This document shows, piece by piece, positions 35,746 to 49,920 of a DNA stretch of 64,000 nt. Source of the stretch: Bugula neritina (lineage: Eukaryota > Animalia > Bryozoa); the NCBI GenBank assembly GCA_964035545.1, contig OZ037773.1:6229751-6293750 (forward strand), in the 5' to 3' direction. Under the pieces are notes generated by a model that was given only the letters and a program-made list of their open reading frames with translations, was not told where the DNA came from and ran no database searches. The number at the start of each line of letters is the position of its first letter. Position 1 is the stretch's first letter. Position numbers and translations under genes: made by a program.

Positions 35746-35952
35746 CAGGGCTCCCTCCATATGTTACAGATATATTTATCACAAAATTCCATAGGTTACG
35801 AGAAAGGCTTGGAGCCCCATTTTGTGGCTTATGTATGTGTGTATAGGGACAAAATAGTCGAATTTAACGAATCCATGAGTTAAATCTGGTCTTCTTCATG
35901 GGTTGACGTTTCAGGACCCGCAGCTTAGTGAGATATGGAGGGAGCCAAAATG
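35746..35952. mobile_element. MITE family A (Tc1/mariner-type ends, TA flanks)
   Basis: Perfect 14-bp inverted repeat GGCTCCCTCCATAT (35749-35762) / ATATGGAGGGAGCC (35933-35946). Ends are TA|CAG ... TG|TA. A second copy lies at 8850-9062. Confidence 0.8.
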
Positions 35953-35984
35953 TATAAATACAATAAATAGTTAGACATAAATGT

Positions 35985-36660
35985 TCACATGCGAGACAAC
36001 TCCTTCTCTAAAATATCACCCCACGTGTTTACATCCAGTTGGTACTTTCTAGAATAAAGTCGGGAGTCCTCTGGGTGACAGATAGAACTGAAAGTGCCTC
36101 TCAGCCACTGCTGTTTGTAGGCAGCTGCACCATAGTTCTTCACAAAGTGATGCTAAAAATAGATTCTACCTGCTTAGAACATATTGTAGCAAAATGGCTC
36201 TCTGCCATAGAGTCGTATTAGATATACAGGCACATTTCAACTGCTAGGAGTTTACAAAAGAGAAGTTGTTCTCTCTTGAAATTTTAATTTATCACCAATA
36301 CTCAGTATACATATAAGCCTACAAGTGCAGTGCAACTTAAGTGCTTAAAATTTTAAACTTCATAACACAAATATGTTTAAATACACTCATTGATACATAC
36401 TTTATTTTCTTATAGATGATATTAAAATGCTTTTGACAAAAATTACATGCACAATTCTGATTTACCTTCCACGTTGAGAGTTCTAGGTTAGCCTTAGGTA
36501 TTCCAAACACAGAGCATTGATACCTCCATGTTATCCAGCTGTTGTTAATAAACTCACGGAAATATTTATTGACTGAACTCAAGGAAACCAAACTTTTCAC
36601 ATCCAGCAAAAGGACAACCTTTTCAATTATTTCAACAGGGAGCTTCTCGAAATATTGCAT
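35985..36660 (-). CDS. FBXO48: F-box only protein 48-like; 2 coding exons
   Basis: Exon 36466-36660 encodes an F-box (LPVEIIEKVVLLLDVKSL..LSSVNKYFR). It joins in phase 0 to 35985-36152, HHFVKNY...KQQWLRGTFSSI...LDVNTWGDILEKELSRM*, which resembles the FBXO48 C-terminus (W..G..S.I...D..TWG.ILE.EL.R). Confidence 0.8.
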
Positions 36661-39058
36661 GGATTGGCATATACTAGTATTCGTCTAAGACAAGAGTCCT
36701 TATCAAATATCTACAAAATCAATGTTCATCATAAACTAAATATACTTACTGTAGTTGTGATTTTATCTGCTTTAATTGTAACCATTTTCCAGGTTATTAC
36801 CACAACACTTAAGCTGTAGGGTTCAAGCTAAAACATCTTTCATTATTATCACTATTATAATACAGTTTATAACACTGTGTTACAAGCATCAAAAAGATAG
36901 CTTAAACACTTGTTTTTATTACCTTTGACCTTTTGCAGTGAATAAGAACATAATGCTATATGCTATATTACTAGCTTCTAATAAATGATACAAAGTATCG
37001 AGAATATTGTTGTTATTAAAAGGTTTTATTATTCTTTAAGTTTATGTAAGAGAGAATTGGCAAAACCGGTCAGTTAGAATTGGAAACTTAACCAATAACA
37101 AAAAACCGGCTGATCACAGATTGTTTATTAGTCATACTTGAAATACTTTTTTATTGAACAGTAATATGACCGGCGATGAATATGCATAATAATTTAATTT
37201 TTGTTAGTTTGCTATTTAGAAAACCTGACTGAGATACTTTAAATTATGCTAATTTTCAGTTAGAAATTAAACTATATTTTAGTAAAATATTTGGAAAATA
37301 TGAAAGGTTAGAAATTTTAATTGATTCAATTACTGCCATTAGTCCATTACATACTTGTTTGAAAAATAATATGTTTTTTTTAATACCGAGTCCAACAAAT
37401 TAATTTTAAATTTATGTGGATACATTAAATGATTGATAGTACCACCAGTAGTAGAAATAGAGCTGATTTAGTGCAGTAGTACAAGCAGTACTACAAGTTA
37501 CTGTTACTGAGTAATACTATTAGTATTACTATTGCTATTAGTATTAGTCACCAGTCACCACAAGTATGTAAAATCCTATTGTTACTAAACACAGCAGTCA
37601 CAAAATGTCTCTGTCCCTGTATTGATAAATTTTGACAACTAATCTTGATAAAAAATAATGCAACTGATTGACATTGACTATAGTTTTTATTGGCTATCAC
37701 TATTACTATTAGTATTAACATTACTATTAGTAAAACTATAAGATTACTGATTACTGATTAGGTATATCAAAATGAATATTCATATACACTCACAATGGGC
37801 ACGGTATTTCAGTTTCAATTTTTTACACTTGATGTTATTGAAGAAATCAACTAACTAACTTTAGATATTTATATTGACAAGTAAAAAAACAGCTAAAACA
37901 TGCTTCTAGTTTACCTTTTTGCAAATCCTTGTGGTATTTTACTATTTAAAAACTTGGAATGTTTTCTTTTTTCTCTAACGCTCCAAGAAACTTTAAAAAC
38001 TACTATGTCATTTCCGTTATTAGTAGCCTGAAGTCTGAATATTTTATATATTTAGTTTGGAGGAGGGCTCTAATTTTTGCTCAACTTGTTCTAACTCAGA
38101 ATCTAGAAGATTGTAAAGTTCTTGCCTTTATAAATCGTAAAAATATGTTTATTTAACTAGTTATATAAAAGCCTTTACCAAAACGCACAAAAATTTCAAG
38201 CGACTACTATTATTTTAATTCTACAAAAAATTCTGTTACAAAATATACATTTGATTTTCATTATCATTATGCTGCCTGATTTTATTTTGTGCTGGTGCTG
38301 AATTATTTATATAACCAATTGATTAGTATCAATGATGATTGTACTAATAATTTATAATTATTATTGTAAAATTAGCAATGTCTATTATGCTAGCTATGGT
38401 CTAACTCTATGTCTAAAACTTTATTCTATTGTATTTGTTATACATAGACTGATAGAGTTAGTGAGTACTGAGTAACTTAGTCTTATACTATAGTTATACT
38501 TATGTCTTATTGTTTTATAATTATAATAATTATTTTTATTGATAATTATTAATTATATATTTTGAATATTTAGATTTGACGTTGTATTCAATGACCATGT
38601 TGATGTTCATGCTGAATAAAACTTGTTTTTAATTTTACTTAACAAGTAGCAACTTGCTGTCGCCAGTGGCATTATGATTATATAAACATATTGAATATTG
38701 ATAATAATATAAATATTACTTTATCATTATATTTATGGTGCCAATCAAACCGCTACCAGTTCCTGACCATTAGTGATTAGAGTTTAGGTGCATGTGCTGA
38801 AATTAAGACAACTAACTAGAAAGTCAAAGTAGTTAGGTTTTGTTTTTGTGAAGTAGAAAATTCAGTGAAGAGGTTTTGTCTAACGTCTTATACTATGAAT
38901 GCAAAAATTTATTAGGAATTTTTTAATATATTTATTTTAGTTGAAAACTAAAATTAGTTGTTGATTGTAGCAGTAATTTGATGTGTTTTTATTGGTAATT
39001 GTTGTCTAATGACCTCTAGCGGATTTTTCATTTTTTAGCAAGGAGCCAAGGTGTCACA

Positions 39059-39635
39059 ATGAATATGACATACAATCAGGGTAAGTTCAAGCCGAAGCCT
39101 CCTGATAAAGGCAGCTTCCCACTAGATCATACTGGAGCATGCAAGCTGGCTAAAATAGAGTGAGTTTGCTAAATGTACTGAAGATGTCTTTAGCCACATT
39201 TTATTTATATGGTAACCTATTGCAGAAATATACTATCTTGGTGTTTGCCCGATCACAAGTTTCCATCAGTTTCATACGTTTTAAAGGTAGTTTAATGCAA
39301 GGTATTGCAAGGTATTAATTTGATGATTTAGAAAAGCAAAATGTTAAAGCAACTTTTTATTTACTTTTCAAAAATTGCTTGTTGAGTTGAGCTATACAAA
39401 TTTCAGTGCTTTGAGAATGAAACATTTGACTTGTAGTTATATGAGCTGTTTGCGACGATCTGACTTGGATAACTCGGCTTGTCGGGAGCTGTCAAAGGCG
39501 TACCTCAAGTGTAGAATGGAGAACAATCTAATGACTAAAGAAGAGTGGAAAAACCTGGGCTATAAAGATGACACTAAAACAGCAGCTACTGAAAGTAGTG
39601 ACAAGACTGACAGTACTGCTTCCAGTAAATCATGA
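39059..39635 (+). CDS. COX19: Cytochrome c oxidase assembly factor COX19 (twin CX9C)
   Basis: Exon 39059-39159 reads [29 protein letters not shown]. Exon 39437-39635 reads YMSCL...[27 protein letters not shown]. Phase-2 GT-AG intron. Confidence 0.93.
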
Positions 39636-40734
39636 GGTTTAATTTTGTAGAGCTAAAATGTAATCAAATTATTGTTATTTTTATTGGAAAGGTTTACCAA
39701 TCCTAGACTAGCTCTCAGATATAAATGACAATGAACTGCCATACTTCTACAAAACTTATTTATTTTTGCGATGGCTTTTGTTTTTGACATCTCAACCTGA
39801 CTTTCTAACCATCTAACTAACACAACTTCTGCCTAAGACTGAAAAAAATTTTCTTTTGTTGAGAGAAAATATAAAATAGAGGAAAGTGCATGGGAACTGA
39901 TGGAAGTTGTTCAATAACGAAGTCTAATTCAGATATAATCATAAGTTATTCTCGCCTGTTGAAGTGGTATATGTTGGAATTCTTTATAACTAGTGTTAGA
40001 AGCTAAGACCTTGTGCCTCACAGGCTATTTAACTATGGTTTGCTTTACATAACTTAATAAATATATTGCTTTAAAAGAACTGCACATTTGACAAAATCAA
40101 CTCAACAAATATCACAAATGTTTGTTTACTTTGCTATATTTTCTGCTATTAAAACATACAAATGAAATTGCTTTCTCCTCAACTTTTCACTATTATTATA
40201 TATAATATGCTGGTTTAGTTCTCAGACTTGGTCTAATGAAACTTACACTAATAATATAATGAACCTGCTTCACAGTTGACTGGTTCACACTTATATAAGG
40301 GCTATGGCAGCTGATCGCATCAACTGCTGTTGGTTATGGTTTGATTTCAGTATCCAAATTTTAATGCAACAATCTGACACTGATTACCATGGTAACTATG
40401 ATTACCATGAATTATTAATACATAGCATATCATCAACTGCTATGGAACTAAACTATATTATTATTACCTTAATAATTTATTCAACAGATATAATAAGTTT
40501 TATAATCAACTCAAAAAAGAGAACAAAGTAAAAAATATGTTTATAGTTACATAATTATTTAAAAATGATATTAACTCATAATGTTTCAAAGCTTAGCAAA
40601 ACATGAAGAAATTTAGGTTTGGTTTATAAAAACATATCTGAGCTTACTCTTGCGATTTAGTCTACAAAAAAAGAATAAAATGCAGTACTGTAGACGCGAG
40701 TTTAAATCAGTGGATAATTTGGGAAGATAACTCT

Positions 40735-43700
40735 TTAGGATGTATGATTGGTGCTCGCTTCAGTATGAGGGGACAACTCTTGAGCTTGTTGTAACTTGAA
40801 GCTACTTAGTCTGTGCTCCAAATCCAATTGGTCAAATGCAGGGGACGAGTGCAGGTCTCCCCCACACTCACTATTGTGAGGTGTAAATATGTGCTGACCA
40901 TGCACATCATCCGCTGGGGCTAGAAAAGAACAACCACAACATAATCCACAAAATATTATAGCAAGACGTAAGTTGTTGAAAAGTTTATAAAATGCTGCAG
41001 ATTTCACTTACAAACATCTCCCGTGTCCCCAGCTAGTGGAAGCTTCTTCTGTAACATCCTAGACACCATCTCTCGGCTGTTGAAGGAAGGAAGATGGTGC
41101 TCTAAAGGAGCAAACTTATCAACAAAGGAGTTGGCTGGAGTGAAGGGACAGGAGTTGTGTCCACTATTACCTTCCGAGCTGAGCACATCACCAGTACTAG
41201 AATCTTCTGTGTGGTCTGATGCTATAAGAACACAGAAATCAATTTGATGATGCAACATTTTATTCATCTGGTAATATAATGATGGAAGCATTAGTTGATG
41301 ACAATGAAATTAGTTATGTAAAACCGAACAAAATCTAAATCTGATCAAACTGAAGTCAGTTTAGTTGATATAACATCAAAACAGTTATTTTAATAGAAGT
41401 TGTTTCTATTTAATCTAAAGCAAATTGCTGTTATGAAAAAGCTCGCTTCAGTATGAGGGGACAACTCTTGAGCTTGTTGTAACTTGAAGCTACTTAGTCT
41501 GTGCTCCAAATCCAATTGGTCAAATGCAGGGGACGAGTGCAGGTCTCCCCCACACTCACTATTGTGAGGTGTAAATATGTGCTGACCATGCACATCATCC
41601 GCTGGGGCTAGAAAAGAACAACCACAACATAATCCACAAAATATTTTAGCAAGACGTAAGTTGTTGAAAAGTTTATAAAATGCTGCAGATTTCACTTACA
41701 AACATCTCCCGTGTCCCCAGCTAGTGGAAGCTTCTTCTGTAACATCCTAGACACCATCTCTCGGCTGTTGAAGGAAGGAAGATGGTGCTCTAAAGGAGCA
41801 AACTTATCAACAAAGGAGTTGGCTGGAGTGAAGGGACAGGAGTTGTGTCCACTATTACCTTCCGAGCTGAGCACATCACCAGTACTAGAATCTTCTGTGT
41901 GGTCTGATGCTATAAGAACACAGAAATCAATTTGATGATGCAACATTTTATTCATCTGGTAATATAATGATGGAAGCATTAGTTGATGACAATGAAATTA
42001 GTTATGTAAAACCGAACAAAATCTAAATCTGATCAAACTGAAGTCAGTTTAGTTGATATAACATCAAAACAGTTTCTTTAATAGAAGTCGTTTCTATTTA
42101 ATCTAAAGCAAATTGCTGTTATGAAAAAGCAAAACAAAAACTAATTCAATGTAGTCACATGACCAGAGAAACATTAAGTGACGTGAGTAACTCAACACAA
42201 TAAGGGGCAAATTTCTATAATATAAAACTTCGTATAAATCTTTTAAAGCATTGCCATGTCAGCCTTTCATAATTGTTTTGCAAAATTGAATGAAACAAGG
42301 TTCTTGTCTTATTTTCATGATTAGAAATATTTGATCTTTAGCTGAGAAAGAAGACAACTTCAAATAACTTTTAGATAATAATGTAGGCAGTATTCTCTAG
42401 ACAATGTATTTAGCTATCAGTCTTATTGTAAATTGATTTGAGAAATCTCCTAGCAAACCAAAAACCTACTAAGTTTATTTTTCTTGATCATGATTCGTTT
42501 CACCATCTCCGAATTGTTAAAGCTGGGTAGATGCGGCCCGAGGGCGTCAAGCAGGCTGGCGTCTTTGTAAGAGTTGGGCGGAGCCTCCACGTAAAATATC
42601 GGATTGGGTGTGTGGTTCCCGGAATTTTCATGGCTAAAAACAACATGTATGCTATCTCTGAAAATATCTACTTTCACCACTCCTGAGGTAATACATTATT
42701 TATGATGATATACGGTGAATTAGAACAACTAAAAAAATTACAATCCAAAATACTGTTACCACCCTTATTATGAATACATACATTGAGGAGATCAGGCTAA
42801 ATATTTGCCAACAAATATTTTATAAAAGGCTTAAAGAATTTTGGGAAATAAAAATGTCACTCAATTAAAACAGCATAAAAATAAAAGTTGAAACCATGAC
42901 TATAAAGTGGGGAGATAAATCCCTATGCTGTTCAGCTACATAACAACTGTCCTAAACAAACAAGAGTGGAACTGTTATAACATTGAGAGACGACCTCAAT
43001 TCAGTAGCATAAGAAGAACAATAGAAGCCAAGAAACGGGCCCAGTACAAGTATATGACCTTAGCTAGAATTCCGGCGTGCTTGCTTCAGTCTAATACTAC
43101 AAGAAAACACACTGACTATTTCTATTTGAGGTACACATGCTAAGATTCACAAAGTACCTGGAATTAAACTCTGGCACTGGACTTTCCATAATAGATGGTG
43201 TGCCTGGAGCGGACAACTCCAAACTGAATGTCAGTTGATCTGAGTCAGCCCTGAGCTTAGTCATCATGTCACTGGCAGTGATAACCTGCAGAAACCCTTT
43301 GATCTTTGGCCGAATCTTTAAAATATAATTAAATATAAAGTTTAAATAATTATAAATATAAAATTAAATGTAAAGTTTAAATAATTATAAAATTTAGACA
43401 TATAATTTAGTTGAATAAAAGAATTACAAAAATTACCATATACGAGTATAAATTTGAGTGGTTGAAAAAAAATTAAATTTTAAAAATTAAAATAATTCCA
43501 ATATTCTGCAATAAATTGAAGTATTATTTAATAGATCTACAGATACACTCTGTTGAATACAAATGTATATCTTGAGCTATGCTTCAGATTGAAAACCTCA
43601 ACATAAAGACTAGTAACTAAGTTTGACCCCTGCATATTAGAATATTATGTGAAGTTTGTAAGCAAAACTGTTTCTATTTGTGTAACAAACCAAATCTGAT

Positions 43701-46700
43701 TGAGCATAAAAAGCAAAGTGTGTAACAAACCTGTTTTCGAGATATTTTAATGTTGAGAAACTTTCGCACAACAAAGTTTTCGGATACAGAGATATCCTGA
43801 GTTGGAGTGAAGTTGAGATCAGGATCTGAGTCGATCAGTTCCGTGAGCTACCAACAATATTATATAATAATATACATATTGATATATCACATAACAACAT
43901 ACATATTGATATATTACATAAAATATACACATTGATATATTAAATAACAATATACATATATATTGTTATATTATATACAATATACATATTGATATATTAT
44001 ATAACATATTATACATATTGATATATTACAGATTAATATATACATTGATATATTAAATAATAATATACATATTGATATATATTTCATAACATACATATAT
44101 TTATTGATTGATATATTATATAACATATAAATACACATATTAATATATTACATACCATATATGTATCATATATTAAACAACACATTTATATATTTATTTA
44201 TAATAAGGATAAAACAATAGGCAAGACTAAATAATTAAGCACGAGATAGGTGAGAATAAAAAATTAAGAATAATTTTTATATGGCAGCAAAATGCAGCAG
44301 CCAAAAACTTATATAAATCCTCAAACAAAGGTGCTGTTCCTTATTTTATCCACAAGTGGTCGCTTACCGCAGCTCTGAGAGGACCTTCTCTCGTATACAT
44401 GATGAAATGTTTAATAGTAGTCCCGCCTTTCTCACCACTGCACAATACAATCAGAATGGAGGCGGAGTTAGCAGTCAAAACTTTGCTGCATGCACCAATC
44501 ATGTCTTGCCTTTTTAGGAATGCCTGCAACATAATATTAGATGAGAGGATGTTAAAACCACCAATAGAGGTACCAGCATATCAACAGTTACTGTTTCAGG
44601 GCTTGTCCCATCATTAGCACAATATAGGGCAAGGATTGTCTCCCTTACTGTACTTTAAACATTAAAATGATTAAAATAAAGCTTTATTGCTCTAAGAAGT
44701 TATTCAACCAAGTAAAGGCCAACAGACTCTAAATTAGCTGCTTGGCAGTGTTTGGACACTTGACTCTGATTGGGCAACGCTTGATAGGAAGGAAAGTTGC
44801 TACAGCTGACTTGCTAGGAGATGAAGAGAAGAAAACTTCTGCTGTCTACCATCTCCACTAACATATAACACTCTAGTAAGAATTTACCTGCTTATGAAGA
44901 ATTTACCTGCACACTCACCTGTATGCCTACATTCAGTGAGCTCATAATGACGCAAGTAGAAGACACAGTGAATGACTTCATATCCTTCTTGAGCAGTTGT
45001 TCCGTGGACAGGGCTAAACGAGCAACACCATGGAACACAGTTAGGCTATTGATTAGCAAGTTAACTGACAAAAGTACACAGTATAACTTCTACATCAATA
45101 CCAGTTAAGGCACCTCAAGCTAAATAGTCTGAGTGAAAAACAGACATACACATACTTTAGTTGAAAATAGCGTTCTATTCCTAAAATATTAATCAATTTC
45201 AAAGTAAATATTATTCACTTTCTTGAGGCCAATCTTAATTTATACCAAGTCAGCAATAAAATGCCGAAAGAAAATTTCAACACCTGAATAATTTATGAGC
45301 ACAAGTCAAGGTTTAGACTGAGTACCATCTCACCGGCAACGTCCTGTTTAGCTGCACTTATAGAGTTGAACACTTGATGTCGGTCGGAAATGTCAAGGTT
45401 GAATTCCTCCTCTAACTTCTCCACCATGGCTACGTCGAGTGGCTTTACTTTACCGGCTTCTGGGGACAGACAGATACTGTCTCCGAGGATGGTACCTGAT
45501 GATACAACAGAAAGATCCCTAAACCCATTTACTTGTAGCTTTACTTGTAGTCCAAGATGCTAAGTTACAGACTTTTATACCTGATTGTCTGAAAACTTAA
45601 TAGAAAAAAGTATGTTAATAAAACAGGCTGTATGTTTTATCCTTCGTTTAGTTCTAACAATTTTCGCAAGCTTTATAAAATTTATAGATTTCCAACTAGC
45701 TGAAGCCAGAAACTTTGTGCCTCTAACACTTCGCACTATAACAATAGTTTTTCTTTCAGATGTTTGGAATGAAGAATTACAGCTCAGAGAAACTTTCTTC
45801 CATCAATCTTACGTAACTCATCGGGCAAAACACAAAATCCAAGACAGACTTACATTTTCAATTTAGTAAGCAATTGCATAGTCTAAGAAAAGACACATAG
45901 TCCAATAATGAAATGTTTATCACTGAGTGTACTGCAATGAGATATATTATTGCATCCACTGACCTCTCAATAGATGCCCCAGTGTCTGTGAATATACTGT
46001 ACCGTGTCTTTCATAGAAGAGATCAGTGATAAGAGAACAACAAGAGCCAACAGTCTCTATTCTCATAAACATTCTACAGAAGATACGAAACATTTTACAG
46101 TATATTCTATAGTCTATAGTCTAGAATCTAGATGATACAGTATACAGTATATTCTACAATCTAGATTATATGTATTATATACACAAAACATTATACAGAA
46201 TACTATTATATGATGTATATTACATACTGTATAGTGTATAGAATATTCTACATAGTATATAAATCACACAAGTTTATTGTCACTATCCCTGTGAGAAACC
46301 CCCCTGATGGAAAGGGTTGTCATTTTTTCTATTTTATATAGTGTATACTAGATACTATATAGGATAGTGCGTTCTACATAGCATAAAAGCTATACAGTAT
46401 GATTAGCTCCTATAGTAATCAGTACAACTGACTGCCACTGGCTATACTGCCTCATTTACTGAAATGATATTAAAGCCATCAGCCTTTTCTTAAACCTCAG
46501 AATGATACAAGATTTCACAGTGTATTATGTTCATATACACAATGTCCTTTGTGCCAGCTTCTACAGTTTGAGCCTGCAGATAGTTGGAGAAATTGCCAAG
46601 CTGTTATTATGTCACGGGGAGGGGGTAGAGTAGTGGAGCCCCCCCCCACCCGCATTACTATTCCAGCAAATACTATTGGCTACTGCTGATTACTTACAGT

Positions 46701-48187
46701 CTAGTATTAAGCAACACAACAATGCAGTCTCTGCCTTCACATACAAAAAACAGCAAGTTATTTATTTCTCATAGTTTCAATGTCAAAATTCTTAGCTGCT
46801 ACATAAACTTTTTAGTTCAAAGCCATCCAACTACATCTTGGATACACAAATACAACTAAGGCACTAGTGGGAGATGAAAGTTACACAGACCTTGCTTATC
46901 CATGCACCTAATTCACTGTGGACTCATAGCCAATCACACATAAGCTTTTATCAGTGAGAGACGCTATGATTGGCCATGAGACATGGAAAGACAGTGAGAA
47001 TAAGTCATACTTACTTATTATTGAGAAGACAATCCCTGTGATGATGATCTACTATTGACACTACCCTGTTTGTCATATCAGCTTGACTGTCAGTCAGTAC
47101 GTTGTGGTCTACCAGGTGGATATTAAACGTGTGACCTTCACCTTGTCTGAGAGTGTGAAGGTCATCGATGAATACGAGATCTGATTGGGTGATAGCATAA
47201 TTGCTAAGGAGGAAGACAACTTCTGTTTTAAGAGTATAATCAGCGCGTGGAACATTGAGTACTGGTATGACTGAATGCTTGTTCTCTCTCTACAATCATA
47301 ACTCCCTCTGCTTATAACTACATAAGATGTCTTTTACTAACCAAGTGAGACTATATATTTTATTTATCGACCAAATTCATCAACTTAGTAGTACAGCTGC
47401 AGTACTTAGACAAATTATCAGGTCTGGTGAGAGAAATCTGAGCTCATAACATGATATTACTTCTTAGCCCTATAATCAAATGTTACGACACTTTTAATTA
47501 TCAGGTTGCTCCCTTTATAATGCATTTACTTCTGAACTGATTATGTAACTACTTCATAAATCTACCAACACTATAGGAACAACATTCTAATAGTTGGACA
47601 CAATTCAACAAAACAGATGCAGTGAAACAAATTTCGTAGGTTAAAAAAATATGGTACGATTTTTACCTGCAGAAGAAAGGCATAAGCTATGGCGCCGACA
47701 GCAGAATCTAAGTCACATGATTCGTTACCCAGTACTATCTCCAGGCAAGCCTAAACAATGACAAGACAACATGTGACATACAAGTATACTGTAGACCTAT
47801 ACCATGTACTGCATACCATCATGTACTGCATACCATGCCATACTGCATGATATCTAGAGTTCATTGTATAGAAACACACATGTAAATAATGTGATCAACA
47901 TAATATCAAAGTGTTATGCTTTGTTGAGTCATTCACATGACTCTAAGAATAGAATTGGCAAGAGACACGTATATGCAGATTATCATAAGACCAAAACATT
48001 GGATTATATCAACTGCCAGATGCCATGCTAATGAAATTCCCACTGTTGAAAAATAAACACATATCTAGTAGATTAACTTGCTACATATACAGACGAGTTT
48101 GCTGAAAATGTTAAATAAACTTACACCATCCAGGCATGCTTGAGCAAAGGTATCTTTTCGACTGTGTATAAAATCCTGGAAGTCCAT
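40735..48187 (-). CDS. PRUNE1: Exopolyphosphatase PRUNE (DHH family), multi-exon; last two exons duplicated
   Basis: Exons include 48125-48187 (start), 47667-47750 (VLGNESCDLDS), about 47015-47289 (PVLNVPRADY, LVDHN, IVDHH), about 45960-46075 (VGSC), about 45330-45495 (TILGDS), about 44920-45010 (LLKKDMK), about 44370-44525, about 43730-43847 (SRKQ), about 43158-43317, 42470-42633, 41700-41909 or 41012-41221 (PFTPANSFVD, similar to the PRUNE1 C-terminal PxTPxNSxVD), and 41390-41607 or 40735-40919. Confidence 0.88.
40753..42128. repeat. 688-bp tandem duplication (40753-41440 and 41441-42128)
   Basis: Duplicated ORFs are offset by 688. About four substitutions seen by eye. GC microhomology at the junction. 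Confidence 0.95.
43855..44165. repeat. Degenerate AT-rich minisatellite (core TACATATTGATATATTA) in a PRUNE intron
   Basis: About ten recurrences of the core at roughly 25-30 bp spacing. Confidence 0.8.
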
Positions 48188-49721
48188 TGTCTAGTATGTT
48201 TAGTATTTAGTAAACATTCTGCATAGAAAATAGTAATTGTTTACATTTCAGTGTAAAACTAACAGCATAAGTATTGCACTAACTGCATGCGTAGTAGTAC
48301 TTTACTTTATAGTTGTTTTCTACTTCCTAGTAGTGCGCTACGAAAGTAGTAGTACATAGTACTACTGTGTAGTAGTACTACAGAGTACTACAGAAGTAGT
48401 AGTGGGGCAGTGAAGGTAATATGGACTGATACACTAGTGCATAAAGTAGTACACTAGTGTATAGTAGTGTACTAGAGAAGTAGTAGTGTAGGGTACTATG
48501 GACTAGTACACATCTGTATAGTAGTACACTGCTTTAGAGAAGAGAAGCTACTATCAGAAAACCAACATAATTTCTTCCAACTTTGCCTGAAAATTCATCC
48601 GTTTATTTTGGGTGTATAAAAAGTAGCTGAATAAACACAAGCTGCATATTTCATAGGAAGTAATGGGTTGCAGAGATGGCATGAGCAAGCTTCTGTTGCT
48701 AAAAGATTTTCTTTTAATTAGCTAAATAAGCCGAGGACACAATTCCAAAGCATTTGTTTTACACGAGCAGAAATGAGTGAATTTTTACTAAAATTAATCG
48801 ATAATATGTGGCCACTGGCCATTAGATACTGTGTGGTCAGTTGAATAGGCTGTGTGAATTTCATCTACTATGAGCAGTCTGCAGTCTACACATTTGCCAA
48901 ACATTAGCTATCAGTATCAGATAAGATATGGAAAGAATATAATGTCTATTATACCTCCACATTTATCCTATCATATTATAGTCACATAGTATAAAAACTA
49001 AGGTACTTGGCTTGTTACTAAAACTTCTACATTAAAAGAATGAAAACAATAACTTCTATCGGAATCTAAATGCTGGTACTACAAAACAAAAATCATTATT
49101 CCTTTGAACATTATATTAAATACTTAAAACTTAGAATGAAATATCATGGATTTTATAGCAAAAATATGATTGCAATTATTCTCGAATTGGAATAACTTTT
49201 TCTATACCTATAGTAGCCTAACAATGCAGTAGCAGCAGAGTATATGACTATCACAACATTATGTGTGAGTATTAGTTAATATTGCCAAGAATAGATGCAT
49301 AACATTACTTATTAGTTTACAAACTTATAAAAGATATAAACTTTATAATTAAATCATTATATCCTAATAACTTATAGTCATAATAGTTATGTAAATAAAG
49401 TAACATTATATTTATATGTTTGTTATAGTAATGTAAATGTTTATGAACATAAAAAGACACTGTTTTGTGAGCCTAACAGTAAGACTAATTTAAATAACAT
49501 TAAAAGTAGGCATTTACACAACATCTAAAAAGTTAGGTAAATGATGAGAGAAAAATAATCATTATCATAAAATTATAATTTCTCACTGACTTATAAAAAA
49601 ACACCCACTAACTGTTCAGTAATTTTTGAGCAATTGTATCACTTGAAAGTTTAAGCACCTAGATTTATTGCATGAGCTTTTCAATTACATCAGTGCCTTT
49701 TGCTTACACTAACTCACGAAA

Positions 49722-49920
49722 GTTTATAGTCGCTATCCCTGTGAAAAATCCCTGATGGAAAGGGTTTTTGTTAAATCGGGCTAAGGACTTATTTAAATGA
49801 GGCACAGGAGCAATTATGACTGGATACTCTTCCTAACATCACCAATGGCCTTTGTCGGGGCTCGAACCCATGACCTTGTGTTTACTAGGCAAACGCTCTA
49901 ACCCCTAGACCACGGCTGCT
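49722..49920 (-). mobile_element. tRNA-derived SINE, best-preserved copy (about 200 bp)
   Basis: Minus strand: A-box GTGGTCTAGGGGTTAGAGC, B-box GGTTCGAGCCC, body GGTGATGTTAGGAAGAGTATCCAGTCATAATTGCTCCTGTGCC, tail CCCTTTCCATCAGGG...GATAGCGACTATAAAC. Related copies or fragments at 12677-12779, 46272-46320, 56707-56812 and 57881-58066. Confidence 0.85.

Noticed and set aside
42470-42633. Mutually exclusive alternative exon of PRUNE
   Set aside because: Its phases (2 to 1) differ from the paralogous exon (1 to 1), so both must be used in series.
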